Below, one piece after another: positions 1 to 15,029 of a stretch of 64,000 nt of DNA (position 1 is its first letter; each line of letters starts with the position of its first letter). Source of the DNA: the human T2T-CHM13v2.0 reference genome, Homo sapiens; NCBI RefSeq assembly GCF_009914755.1, contig NC_060926.1, one strand, 5' to 3'. The notes under the pieces were generated by a model, which saw nothing but the letters and a program-made list of their open reading frames with translations, made no database searches and had not been told where the DNA came from. The position numbers and the translations under genes are program-made.

Positions 1-1130
<1,130 letters not shown>

Positions 1131-1229
1131 GAAACAGGCTATTTTGTTTTGGTTTTCTCTTTTTATATTATCACTGATGTTAGAAGAGGGGGTGGATCAA
1201 AACATGAATTTATTACTCCATCTGGATAT

Positions 1230-2330
1230 TCGAATTAGCTCTTAAAGACATGAAAGGCCAAAGGGAGATATGATACTGTGTTAGGTACAGTGAGGGTCAC
1301 ATTAGAGTGCACTTAAAAGTGTCAGGAACTTACAAAAAAACAACGGGAAGGATCTTATCAAAGTAGGAAATGGCTAATTCAAGCCAGCAGAAGGAATTCA
1401 TCTACTCGGGATGAAGAGGTTGAATGTGCAGAGATAAGATTAGATTACTGTGCATATTCACACATAATCATTATATAGGTGTACTGGGTTCCTGAAAAAC
1501 TGGAAAGCAGTGGAACAAATGGCCAGGGGAGTTCTGGCCCCAGATAGGAGGAAGGGCAGCATCCCTACTGTTAATGAAAGACGGGAAGCCGGGGTGTGTG
1601 AGATGCACCTGGTTCGGAAGGCGAGGCTGTCTCACCTGACTTCTTTTTCTCTGCAAATAGAAATAATTCATCCTCTGCTGAGAAAGAGGCTGGGATGGAA
1701 GAAGAATGATGACTTTCATCTTTTGAGAAAAGCAGAGCAACTATGAAACACTGAAGGGTTGGGAGAATGAGTTGAGTAGAGGAATCTAGTAGGTTTTCCA
1801 GTGTCATCAAAGTCCCACATGAAGTATTTAAAAATTCATAATAAAATCAGTTATCACTGTGGTGTGATCTTCTTCAGCAGCAGTTGGTTCTCAGGGGCAA
1901 GCATAGAAGCAGAAAGTCAAGAGGAATTAAGGCAATTGTGCCACTGGACAATGATCGTGGAATACAGGCTGAATAAAGTAAGTAAAGGAAGAAAATGATC
2001 ATGGATAGAGGGAAAGTGGAGAGGAGATAAAACTTCATAACTCAGGGAGGAGTTGCCAAGCAGGCTGGAAAGAGAGCGATTGTAGGCGAGTGGTGTCTGA
2101 GTTAATGATTTTTGGACTTGGCACCGTTACAAGAAATGAAAAGGTCCAGAGTGCAGTTATGTGTTGGACACCTGATAGCAGTGGAGGAAAATGGGTTTTG
2201 AGATTAGCACTTTGTGAAAATCAAAATGTCAAATTCAACTATTGGCAGAGCTTGGGGGTAGGAAAAAATGCAAGCCAGGTGCCAGAGTTGGTCAGCCAGT
2301 GGGGAGGGTGAACCAGAGTTCAGCAAGGAG
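1230..2330 (-). mobile_element. L2 fragment(s), highly decayed
   Basis: Purine-rich sequence with L2-like phrases (tcatcctctgctgagaaagagg, gtgtcatcaaagtccc). Limits uncertain. Confidence 0.4.
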
Positions 2331-3174
2331 GAGCAGCACGTACAGTTTTAAAAGAGCAAGGTTATTTTTATTTTTATGTATTCTTTTGATTGCTTTACAA
2401 TAAAATGGAAGGTTGAGGGAAGTAAGAAGCATCTGAACTCTACTTTCTGACCCTGAGGTATCTGAGGTGGCAGGAATGCCTGATCTCTATGTGGAATAGG
2501 GTACCTACAGGAAGGGTCACTGGCAAAGGCTTGGGAGTGCTGTTCTGTGGTCCTATGAAGCTGGGGCCCATAGGTCACAGTCGAAGATTTGGGGAGGTAG
2601 GAGGGCTGGGGCAGGGCAAGGACGCATGCAACACTGAGGGCATGAGGGTGCACTCAAGGATTGCAGAATGTGGCAGGAGTGGCAGCTCCACTTCACTCAC
2701 AGGCTGAAGAAAACTGGTATAATTACATCAGTGGATTCAGACTGAGGAGAAGGGACACTGTGTCTCCCCACCAGAGGACCCATCGCATGTGCTTGGGTGA
2801 GGGCAGCCTGGGAAGAGAAAGATCCCATATCCTGCCTGGACAGCTAACAGACCAACACTTTGCAATGGCTGACTTCTGAGTCTCTGCCTGACAAGGGACC
2901 AGCATTGAACAGTTCTACACAGCTCCTGGGGCTAATGGTGGAGAGAGGAGTTGCTTGGAGATGCAGCTCACTTAGGACTCATGTGGCAGAGTGGCAGGAG
3001 TGGATTTGGGGAGAAATTGGGCCTGCCTAAGGCGATAGCTGCCTGGTGATCATGTGGAACCATGACACCATCTTCTTAGGCCAGTGGAACAAATACGATA
3101 TTATTTATGTATGATTAGCAATTCGATTGCCATTCAGATTTGAGTTTATTACCTTATCATTTGTTTAAATATCA

Positions 3175-5000
3175 GTAAACTATATTTTTATACAATTTTA
3201 CATTTATAGGAAGTTGAGTAGAAAGTACAGAGATTTTCCACATACTCCCTCTCCAACCCTAGAGTTTTCTCCGTTACTAACATGTTGCATTGGTGTGGTA
3301 CATTTTTTACAATTGATAAACCAACATGAAAGTATTGTTAAAGTCCATAGTTTACATTAGGGCTCATTGTTTGTGTTATATATTCTATAGGTTTTGAGAA
3401 ATGTATAATGTCATGTATCCACCAATACAATATGATATGGATGGAATAGCTTCACTGTCTTAAAAAATCCTCTGTGGTCCACCTGTTCATTCCATCCCAC
3501 CTTTCACCCACTTCTCAACCCATGACAAACACTAATCTTTCTGCTGTTTCTATAGTTTTGCCTTTTTCAGAATCCCCTGTAACTGAAATCATACAGTATA
3601 TAGCCTTTTCATATTGGCTTCTTTCACTTTGGAAAGTGACATAAGGCTTCTCTATGTCTTTTTGTGGCTTGTTAGCTCATTTCATTTTTATTGCTGAATA
3701 ATATTCCATTGTATGGATCTACCATACATTGTTTATCCATTCATGCATTAAAGGATGTCTTGGTTTTTTTCAGGTGTCGGCAATGATGAATACAGCTACT
3801 CTAAACATGCATGTGAAGGTTTTGGTGTAGACTTAAGTTTTCATTTCACTTGGGAAAGTACTAAGGAGTGTCATTGCTGGATCTTACAGTTAAGATTATG
3901 TTTAGTTTTGTAAGAAACTGTCAAACTGTCTTCCAAGGAGTTGTTCTATTTTGCATTCCTACCAGCACTGAATTTCTGTTGCTCCATATCTTTGGCAGCA
4001 CTTGGTGTTGTCAGTGGTTTAAATTTTGGCCATTCTACAAGGTGGGCAGTGGTATCTAATCATTGTTTTAATTTACAATTTCCTAAGATGCTGTTGAGCA
4101 TCTTCTCGTATGCTGATTGTCAACTGTATTATCTTCTTTCATCGCTTCACATTTTTTTGGCCACTTGTTTAATTGGGTTGTTTTCTTGTTGTTGAATTTT
4201 AAGAGTTCTTTTTATATTTTGGATAACAGTCTTTTATCAGATACGTGTTTTGCAAGTATTTTCTCCCAGACGGTGGGTTGTCTTTTCATTCTCTTAACAG
4301 TGTCTTCCACAGAGAAGTTTTAATTATGTCCAATTTATCAATATTTTATTTCATTAATTGTGCTTTTGATGTTGTATCTAAGTCACGCCAAACACAATGT
4401 TAACTATTTTATCTCCCAAATACAACCTTCCAGAAATTTTATAGTTTTGTATTTTACGTTTAGGTATATGATTATTTTTTAGTTAATTTTTGTGAAAAGC
4501 ATAAGATCAATGTCTAGATTTATTTATTTACTTTTTGCATGTGGATGTACAGTTGTTCCAGCACTATCTTTTGAAAAGACTATATTTTCTCCATTTTATT
4601 ACCTTTGCTCCTTTGCCAAAGATCAGCTGGCTACATTTATGTGGGTCTATTTAAGCGCTCTCTATTCTGGTTTATTGACCAATTTGTCTATTCTTTTATA
4701 ATACCACACTGTTTTGAAGTGAGGTGATGCCAGTCCTCTGACTGGCACTTCTTTTCTGAACGTTGTTTTGGCTATTCTGGGACTTTTCCCTCTCCATGTA
4801 AACTTTGAGATCAGTTTGTTCATATCCACAAGTAACTTGTTGGGATTTTGATTGGGTTTGTATTGAATCTATATATTACATTGGGAAGAACTAATATCTT
4901 GATGATATTGAGTCTTCTATCCGTGAACATGGAATATTTCTCAATTTTTTAGAACCGCTTTTTTTCATCAGAGTTTTGTAGTTTTCCTTATATATATCTT
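3175..5000 (-). mobile_element. L1MC/MD-type element, 3' part
   Basis: Starts with the L1MC-like 3' terminus (agttgagtagaaagtacagagattttccacatac) and continues as antisense 3'UTR/ORF2. Confidence 0.8.
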
Positions 5001-5043
5001 TGTTTTAAAATGTAGGGGTTTTTTTTGTTGTTGTTGTTTTTTT

Positions 5044-5770
5044 AAATATGACCCAATAATTCTATTTCTGGGCATATGTCCAAGGGAGGTAAAACCAGTA
5101 TGTCAAAGACATATCTGCACTTCCTTGTTATTGAAGCATTATTCACAGTAGACAAGATAAGGAATCAAATGAAGTGTCCACTGAAGGATGAATGGATAAA
5201 AAAAATGTGACACACACCACACACACACACACAAACACACACACAATGGAATACCATTCACCCTTAAAAGATAAGGAAATTCTATTATTTGTGACAACAT
5301 GGATGAAACTAGGGGACATTATGCTGAGTGAAGTAAGCCAGGGACAGAAGGAGAAATAATGCATGATCTCCCTTTTGTGTAGAATCTAAAGTAGTTGAGA
5401 AGTAGAAGCAGGCAGTAGAATGGTGGTCACCAGAGCCTGATGGTAGGGGTGAGGGGAATAAATGTGGAGAGGTTGGCCAAAGAGTACACAGTTTCAGTTA
5501 AACAGGATAAACAAGTTTTGGTGATCTATTTACAGCATGACGACTATAGTTAACAATAATGTATTAAATATTTGAAAATTGCTAAGATGGTAGTTCTTAA
5601 ATGTTCAATGTTCTCACCACAAGAAAGATAAGTGTGAGGTGATGGCTACGTTAATTCACTTGATTTAGTCATTTCCCAGTGTGTGTGTGTATTTAATATT
5701 GTACACTGAAAATATGCAGTATATAATTTTTATCAATCATACCTTAATAAGGCTTAGGGAAAAGAAATAG
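5044..5770 (+). mobile_element. L1MA (MA8-10-like) 3' end
   Basis: Sense L1 3' end: gacaacatggatgaaactaggggacattatgctgagtgaagtaagcca, gactatagttaacaataatgta, ending aataaggcttagggaaaagaaa. Confidence 0.85.
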
Positions 5771-5782
5771 AAATGGAGGTTT

Positions 5783-6213
5783 TTTCTCACACGTCGGTGT
5801 GGAGAGAGCACCAAACAGGTTTTGTGTGAGCAACAAGGCTGTTTATTTCACCTGGGTGCAGGTGGGCTGAGTCCGAAGAGAGTCAGCAAAGTGTGGTGGG
5901 ATTATCATTAGTTCTTAGAGGTTTTGGGATAGGCGGTGGAGTTAGGAGCAATGTTTTGTGGGCAGGGGTTGGATCTCACACAGTACATTCTCCAGGGTGG
6001 GGAGAATTACAAAGAACCTTCTTAAGGGTGGGGGAGACTACAAAGTACATTGATCAGTTAGGGTGGGGCAGAAACAAATCACAATGGTGGAATGTCATCA
6101 GTTAAGGCTATTTTCACTTCTTTTTGTGGATCTTCAGTTGCTTCAGGCCATCTGGATGTATAGTGCAGGTCACAGGGGATCTGATGGCTTAGCTTGGGCT
6201 CAGAGGCCTGACA
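5783..6213 (-). mobile_element. Solo HERV-H LTR (LTR7 family)
   Basis: Reverse complement begins tgtcaggcctctgagcccaagctaagccatc (LTR7 start). 5-bp TSD ggttt at 5778-5782 and 6214-6218. Minus-strand AATAAA at 5842-5847. Confidence 0.95.
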
Positions 6214-6745
6214 GGTTTTATTATTATTCAAATACGGTGAGCATAGCACATAAGGAGATGACTGCCATTGAAAAGATAGTTTGTCACTCATCATTCCCAA
6301 GAGGAGAGGGCACACCACATCATGAAGGCACCACACGAGGAAGTGCTAAGGTTGGTCAGGAAGCAGAAAGAGGGAGGAAAATATAACAAGAGGCTTTATT
6401 GTGGTTTCTGTGACGAAAAATGGCTAAGGCAGGCTAAGCATGTAGGATTGGCACATTTGAATAATTCAGCAGGCTCTCAGGTGTAGGGTATCCAGACCTG
6501 GTGTAATTAGGGCATGGAAATATTCGCCCTGAGTGTGAGAGTTCCATAGAGAAAATTTGGGGGTGGAGGGGGGGCAGGGGATATGAACTTTGGATTGCTT
6601 AGTTTGCATATGAAATGCACGCTCTTGGGCGAGTTGTTTACTATCTCTAGAAATTAGCTAACACTGGGAGGGGCAGATCTTCCCTGGTCAGGGAAGCGTT
6701 AGATAACAGAGCATCAAAAATACAGAAAATGATATAATTAACATA

Positions 6746-9460
6746 ATCTTGTGCATACTTTGTTAGATTTATGTCTAAGTATTCCAATTTTTGGTATTAA
6801 TGTACAGGGTGTTATCTTAAGTTTCAAATTCCAGTTGTTCATTTTGGGTATATAGCAAAGCAATTGACTTTTGTATATTAACCTTGTATCCTGCAGCCTT
6901 GCTATAATCACTTGTTAGGTCCAGTAGATTTTTGATGATTCTTGGAAATCTTTTACATAGGCAATCATGCCATTTGTGAATGAAGTTTTATTTCTTCCCA
7001 CTCAATCTGTATACCTTTTATTTGGTTTTCTTATTTGTTGCATTAGCTTGGATTTCCAGTACAATGTTGAATAGTTGTAGTGAAAGAGAACATTTTTGCC
7101 TTGTTCCTGATCATAGTGGGAAAGCATCTAGTTTCTCATCATTAAAATGTTAGCTGTAGGTTTTCTGTAGATGTTCTTTATCAAACTGGAGAGTTTTCTT
7201 CTATTCCTAGTTTGCCGATAATTTTTAATCCTGAATGAATGGGTGTCACATTTTGTCAGATGCTTTTTATGCGTCTATTGATATGATCGTATGATTTTTC
7301 TTGTCTAGCCTGTTGATATGGTGGATTAGATTAATCGATTTTTAAATGTTTAACCATCCTTGCTTACCTGGAATAAATCTCACTTTCTGTGGTGTAAACT
7401 CCTTTTTACACATTATTATATTCAATGTGCTAATATTTTGTTGAGGGTTTGGTGTATATGTTCATGAGAAATGCTGGTCTATTGTTTTCCTTTTTTGTCA
7501 TGTCTTTGTTTTGGTAATAGGGTAATGCTGGTCATAGAATGAGTTAGAAAGTAGTCCCTCTGTTTCTACTTTCTGAAAAAGATGGTAGAGAAATGATGTA
7601 ATTTCTTCCTTAAATATTTGGTAGAATTTACCAGTGAACACATCTGGGCCTGATGCTTTCTGTTCTGGAAAGCTACTAATTATTGCTTCAATTTTTAAAA
7701 AATAGATATATTTTATAATGTTAAATTGTCAGCTGTAGGTTTTTTGTAGATGTTCTTTATCAAACTAGTTTCCTTCTATTCCTAGTTTGCTGATAATTTT
7801 TCATCATAACGAATGGGTGTTAAATTTTGTCAAATGCTTTTTATGCATCTATTGATATGATCATATGATTTTTCTTGTCTAGCCTGTTGATATGGTGGAT
7901 TAGATTAATCGAGTTTTAAATGTTTAACCATCCTTGCTTACCTGGAATAAATCTCATTTTTAAAATAGATATATTTTAAAAATTGAACCTGTTTAGGTTA
8001 TCAATTTTTCCTATGTGAGTTTGGTAGCTTGTATCTTTTTAAGAAGTAGGTCCATTTCATGTAAGTGATAAAATCTGTGGGTAAAGAGTTGTTAGTAATA
8101 GCTTTTATTATCCTTTTAATGTCTGTGGGATCAGTAGTGATGGCTTCTTCATTTTTAATGTTAGTGACTTAACGTCGTCTACTTTCTTGGTTACCCTGGT
8201 TAGAGGTCTATCAATTTTATCGGTCTTTTCAAAGAACCAGCTTTTGTTTTTATTGACTTTCTCTATTGTTTTTTTTCTGTTTTTAATTTTATTGATTTTT
8301 ATTATTTCTTTTTTTCCCACTTATTTTGCATTTACTTTTTTAAAAATTTTATAGTTTTTTAAGGTGAAAGTTTAGATTACTAATTTTAGAGTTTTCTTCT
8401 TTTTAAATACATGCATTCAATGTTATAAATTTCCCTTTAAGCACTGCTTTCATTACATTCCACATGTTTTGATAGGTTGTATTTTTAGTTTCATTTGTTT
8501 AAAGAGTTTTTAAGTTCCTGTTGAGAATTCTCTGACCATGTATTATTTAGAAATATGTTGTTTAATCTCCAAACATTTTGGGCTTTTCTAGGTATCTTTC
8601 TGTTGTTAATTCTAGTTTAGCTTCATTGTGGTCTGAAAACATATTTTGCATGATGTCTATTCTTTTAACTTTGTAAGTTGTGTTTTATGGCCCAGAATGT
8701 AGTCTGTCTTAGTAAATGTCCCATGTGAGCTTGAGAAGAATGTATATTCTGCTCTTATTGCATGATGTATTCAATAAATGTCAATTAGATCAAATTGATT
8801 GATGGTGGTGTTCAACTCTACTCTCAATGATTTTCTGCCTGCAGAATGGGTCAATTACAGATACAGAAGTAGTGAAGTCTCCAACTTACGGTAGTAAATT
8901 TGCCTATTTCTCCTCGCAGTTTGATCAGTTTTTGCCCCATGTATTTTGATGCTCTGTTGTTAGGCACACACATTAAGGATTGCTATCTCATCGTGGAGAG
9001 CTGGGCCCTTTATCATAACATAATACACCTTTTTATCCCTGATGAGTGTTTTATTTTTGCTCTGCATTTGCTCTGTCTGAAATTGAGTCACCTACTCCCC
9101 TTTCTTTTGATTAGTGTTATGGCATGTTTGTCTTCATCTCTTTACTTTTATCTGTCTTTATATTTAAGTGGGCTTCTTATAGACAACATACATTTGGATA
9201 TTGTGGGGAAGGGTTATCCACTCTTACAGTCTCCAACTTTTAATTGGTATATGTAGAACATTCACATCTAAGATGATTATTGATATTGTTGGATTAATAT
9301 CTACTACATTTATAACTTTTCTATTCATCTTTCTTGCTTTCTTTTTCTTCTTGCAATCATTTTCTGCTTTCTTTGATTTTAAATGATCATTTTATATCAT
9401 TCTGTTTTCTCTCCTATCAATTATAATTCTTTCAAAAAATATTTGGTGGTTTCCCTAGAG
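6746..9460 (-). mobile_element. Continuation of the L1MC/MD element (ORF2 region)
   Basis: Resumes where the 3175-5000 piece stops. Minus ORF 8108-8320 (EKVNKNKSWFFEKTDKIDRPLTR) is L1 ORF2-like. Confidence 0.85.
7721..7956 (+). repeat. Direct local duplicate of 7142-7382
   Basis: Alignable by eye with about 14 substitutions and 2 gaps over ~240 bp. Confidence 0.92.
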
Positions 9461-9474
9461 TTTAAATAAATTCT

Positions 9475-9836
<362 letters not shown>

Positions 9837-9974
9837 TTAAGAGTGCTTTGTAAAATATAAACTTAATTTACAAATATTGGGATTTAAAGACATTTAATAA
9901 GGATTATATACAAAATGATATTTCAATAGTTCAGTCAATGGAAAAATAGAGAACAAAACACTGTTCTTTGCCCA

Positions 9975-10140
9975 AATTTTCTTCTTTAAACAATTTGTGT
10001 AAATTTGTGGGGTATAAGAGAAAATTTGTTACATGTATATAATGTGTAGTGATCAAATCAGGGTATTCAGGGTTTTCATCACCTAAGTACAATATACTTT
10101 TTTAAAATATAGTCATCCTACTCTGCTAATTCAAACCTTG
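9975..10140 (-). mobile_element. Short L1MA/PB 3' tip
   Basis: tttgttacatgtatataatgtgtagtgatcaaatcagggtatt is a typical antisense L1MA 3' end. Confidence 0.65.
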
Positions 10141-13100
10141 AATTGAGTGTTTTTTAATTGCTGATTAAAATTCTTCATGGCTTTGCATCTATCTTGAGAT
10201 TTATTCTACATATCTTCAAAGTAAAAGCAATATTACATTTTGTTGCTTCCATTGTCATGCTATTATAATTGCTTTTTCCATATTAGTGCAAAACTTTTTA
10301 TAAACACAATTTGAATGGAGGTGTAACATCCATTTAAGATGCCAACATTTATTCACTGATCTCTCTATGATTGACCAATTATTTCCAATATTCCACTGTT
10401 ATAGTAAATACTGTGATAAGCCCCAATATGGGAATCTTTCCCCATATTTAGGATTATTTATCTAGAATATTTCCTGAATAGCGTTTACCTGGCTGCAGTG
10501 TACAGTTTTAAGGGTCCTAAGCTATACTGCCAAACTGTCCTCTTGAAAAGGTACACCGGTTTACAGTTGTGCTAGCAAGATGTGAGCCTGCTGATTTCAT
10601 TTGACTCCTTATCAGTGAGTTTATATAAACAACATTTACTAATTTCATGAGCAGTTTTCTGTATTTTCTTATTTAAAGTTTTAAAATTCCATAGCATCCT
10701 ATTTGTTCCCAACTGTAAAGGAGTACGAACTTGCTTATCAGCACACTAGGGAGAAGGGATATGTTTTATTCTACCTTTGTTTAGTAATTATTAAAATAAA
10801 AATTTCAAACACACCTTGTGTTCCTTTCCCTGTGATATATATACTTATTTGTATACACATTTTCAAATCAAAATCATTAGCTGATTATCTCAAGAATAAA
10901 CAAACATTCAATCAGACACCATTAGTATTCATACTGGAAACAACTAACATCTTCATTGTGAATGATCAAAATTGCCCAGCCTGCAGAGAAGAGATGAAGC
11001 AGAGACAATTGCTATAGAAACTAAGGGTACAATGCCTTTCAGATTGCAGGAAGAGCGTGCATTTCTGCTTCCTGCACACCTGTTTTCATTTGTGCTTTCA
11101 GATTGAAAGTTTATGGTGAGTCCCAGCAACAGCTTGAACTATATGTGAAAACAATAATTGCTTTAGCCATTGGCTTCATTATAACAAGTGTAGTTGAGAA
11201 ATATTTTGCAGTCTGCAATAAGAAGGAATAAAGGGTGACTTTTCTTTTTTATGTGTGTTGGAGCACCTTCCTTGCACCTGCATTGGCACTGACATCTACC
11301 CAAGCACATATCGAATATATAATTTGGGGAAGCAGGCTCTAGCAAGAAGCAGCATATTGCTAATGATTTACCTAAAATATCTTTTTTTTTTTTTTTTTGG
11401 TTAATTCTCTCCTTTAATCCTGATCACAACTCTCTGGGGAAAGGAGGAGGCTTGCAGGAGACAGGTTTGAGCTCAGGACAGTCTCCTGGTATGAGATTAT
11501 GAGTTTAACTCTTGAAATCCAGAGCTCTTACTCTTCTGATGCCAGAATGTCTGCCCCTCATCTCTCAAATAAGATCCACAGACAGAAATCTACTTTTCAT
11601 TTTCTTTCCCTGATAGCTGGAGGTGCTGATGTGACTTGGAAGGGTCCTGCTAAATTTCACCAGCTTTATGGCCTCCATCCAAGTGACCCCTTTAGCCCAC
11701 GTAAAGGGAAAGTCCAAGTGCCTGGAGGGATGATGTGGGCATAGGGCTTTTCATTTCTTGGAGACCCCATACATTTGACTGATAAGGGTGATGTGGTTTG
11801 GCAATTTACCTTGTGAGAGTAACATGAGTCATCATCAATTGGAAAGTCCTACTGTCTCCATTGCCAAGGTTCCATGTTGGTTTCCTTTAACTCTGCTCCA
11901 GGCTGTGTAGCATCTATAGGCATGGCCAGGCATTCACCTTGCCCTGACACAATGTAGCTGTTGGGCACAGATGGAGGGCAGGACAGTTGAAGATGGCTTC
12001 CACTGCAAAGCGGTATCTTGGGCACCTCCATCTTGTCATATGACAGATGGATATGGCTTCTGTGGGAAAGAAAACAACAGGAGTTTCTATTAGAAGAATT
12101 CAAGATTGTATCAAAATAGATGCTGGTCTGGCTCCATATTAAGTTACTTTTTGTCCTGAAACACTCGAAGTTTTCTCAAGGTCTTGTTCTTTTTGCCTGC
12201 ACAATAGAGATAAGATCTTTTATACACTGCAACGTTTGGCTGCATCAAATTCAATAATAAGCGAGAAAATACTTTGTAAAATTAAAGCTGTCTGCAAGCT
12301 GGGTGTGTAGATAGCTGTTTTCTTAAAATGTACATTTATCTTTCTTCTGCCCTATGATTCCTCATCTCTGCCTGCCACCCTCTGCCCCCACCATGTGCAT
12401 AATGGAATTCTGTCAGAATTGTTAGACTAAGGTGATTTCCATCCAGAGAGCAGCTCAAAGTCAGCTCCCTATGGTAAACACTGTGGGTATGAAATGCTGT
12501 CAGTCCTATGGAGTGAATGTCTGAATCATGACAGCTCATACTTCTTAACTGCTTCAATCTCTGACTTTCTGGCTAAGAATTACCTCTCCACTGGCCACAG
12601 CCTATATGAAGGAAATTGCTCTTGTGTAGTTGTTCAGAATTAGGCAGCAGAAAAGCAAATATCACTACCCTGCTTAGGTAAGCCATAAAATGGGATTTAG
12701 CCCTTCAACCTATTGTAAAATTAGAAGACCAATAAAACAGAGATCACAGGATGCATTTCACAGAAGTAAAAGATAATGGAACATATGGTAAACTGAACAA
12801 ATAGTGGATGGCAACAGTGTGATAGCTGAAGAGGAAATTGCAAGGACATAGGCATTTCAGCATTCTCTTAATTCAAGACCTTGGCTGTTCACTGGAAACT
12901 TAATTTCATTAGGTGTATGTGGTTCAAAGACAAATTTTCAAGATATATTTTATGATGAGCAAGGCAAGAGTGACCCTTGAAAGGACACAAGGTAATTCTT
13001 TCAGGCTATCCACTCAACAGTGCTTGAACTTGGTTTTTAAAAAATGTTTTATTTTGAACTAATTTTAGTCTTTCAGAAAAGTCCAAATAATATTGAATGT

Positions 13101-13983
13101 TTACAGATCCCCCTCACCCAGCTTCTTCTAATGTCAACATTTTAAATAAGTATAGCACAATAATTAAAACAGAAAATTAACATTAGTACAATACTGTTAA
13201 CAAAGTAAAGACCTTATTCTAATTTCATCATTTTTTTCCATTAATGTTCCAGCATCCGAACCGGAACCTCACATTGCATTTGGTTTTTATTTCTCCTTAT
13301 TCTTCTGAAATCTGTCATTCCTCAATTTTTCCTGTCTTTCATGATCTTGACATTTTTAAAGAATTTTGGTTAGTTATTTTGCTGAATATCCCCTACATTT
13401 GGATTTGTCTGATGTTTTCTCCAGATTGGCCTGAGGCTATTCACTTTTGCCGAGAATACTGAAGAAGAAGGTTGTGTTCTCAGCGCGTCGTATCACAGGT
13501 TCCAGAGATCAATGTGTCTAATTATTGGTGATGTTGACCTTCGTCACTTGGTGAAGGTGATTTCTGCCGGGGCTTCTTCATTGTAAGACTTCTGTCATTC
13601 CCTTTGCAGTTAGTAAATATCCTGGGATATTTACGATTTCCTGTTTCTTCTGAAACTTTGCCTATTAATTTTAACATTCACCAGCAGATCCTTCCTGCAA
13701 TAACAATTACTGTAGTGTTTGCCTAATGCTGATTTTCTATTCCCCTCTTTCCTTCTACATTCATTAACTAGAATTCTACCAAAACGAAGAGGTCTCTCTT
13801 CTCCTCCATTTATTTATTTATTACATCAGTTTTTAAATTTTATATCAGTAGGGACTCATGGATATTTATGTTATGTTATGTGCTATAATCTAATTCTTTC
13901 ACAATCTATTTTGTTCCTCAAATTATCCAGCTTTTGCATTAGGATCTTCTTCAGATAGGCTCTTGTGGTCTTTCTATAAGCGC

Positions 13984-14041
13984 ATATATATATAATATAT
14001 ATAGGATCTCATATATATATACATACACACATATATATATA
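13984..14041. repeat. (TA)n-rich microsatellite
   Basis: Interrupted TA/CA dinucleotide run. Confidence 0.85.
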
Positions 14042-14290
14042 ATTTTCTTTCTGGAACCACAGGATGCTTCAGGCTCACCTTGTATGTATTTTCCCTGCTG
14101 TAGACCTGGAACCAACCACTTCTCAAAGAGCTCTGGTTCCTTTTATTGGTGAAGGGCATTTAGAAATAAGATCTGAGCACTGAGAGTGTTTATCACTGCT
14201 GGGAGTCACTGCTTCCAGCCCTGTCGGCAGACAGAATGGGAGCAACATGAGCATGCAAACACATGCCTATGCACATATCTGTATTTCTGT

Positions 14291-14318
14291 ATCTCTATCT
14301 ATCAATCATCTATCAATC

Positions 14319-14364
<46 letters not shown>

Positions 14365-14370
14365 GTATCT
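14291..14370. repeat. (TCTA)n tetranucleotide STR
   Basis: About 11 uninterrupted CTAT units at 14321-14364 plus degenerate flanks. Confidence 0.95.
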
Positions 14371-14739
14371 GTCTCTGTGTATGTGAAAACCATGGGTTTA
14401 TACTGAAATTTGATTCCGGTCCAACACCAAGGGCTCCATTTAGCTTTCTCCAATTCCTTTTTTGTAGCTTTCCCTCTAACAGTGAGCAGCCTGATTCTCC
14501 TTATTTACAAAATATTCCTTGTTTTCCCGATTTTAGCATATCCATGAATTAGTCCAGGATTTTCTAACTCACATTCCTGTGAGAAACATGTTTGTTAATT
14601 AGCTTACAGTATTAATATGTGGTTCTTTTGGTCTTCATCCCCACAGTATGTAGACTGTTTTATGCCGTCACTTAGTTGAGTTCTTTCCTTTTGTCTTGCC
14701 TTCAGCATGGTTATGGTGTTCATTGTAAATACAGTTTTT

Positions 14740-15029
<290 letters not shown>

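Larger units (their letters stand above)
5001..6745 (-). mobile_element. MER76-like ERVL LTR, split by L1MA and LTR7 insertions (main body 6214-6745)
   Basis: Reverse complement reads tgttaattatatcattttctgtatttttgatg...ctagagatagtaaacaactcgccc...tttcatatgcaaac, as recalled for MER76. 5-bp repeat atctt at 4996-5000 and 6746-6750. Confidence 0.65.
13035..14727 (-). mobile_element. L1MC4/5-type 3' region
   Basis: cctcacccagcttcttctaatgtcaacat, tggatttgtctgatgttttc, caggatgcttcaggctcaccttgta. Confidence 0.7.
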
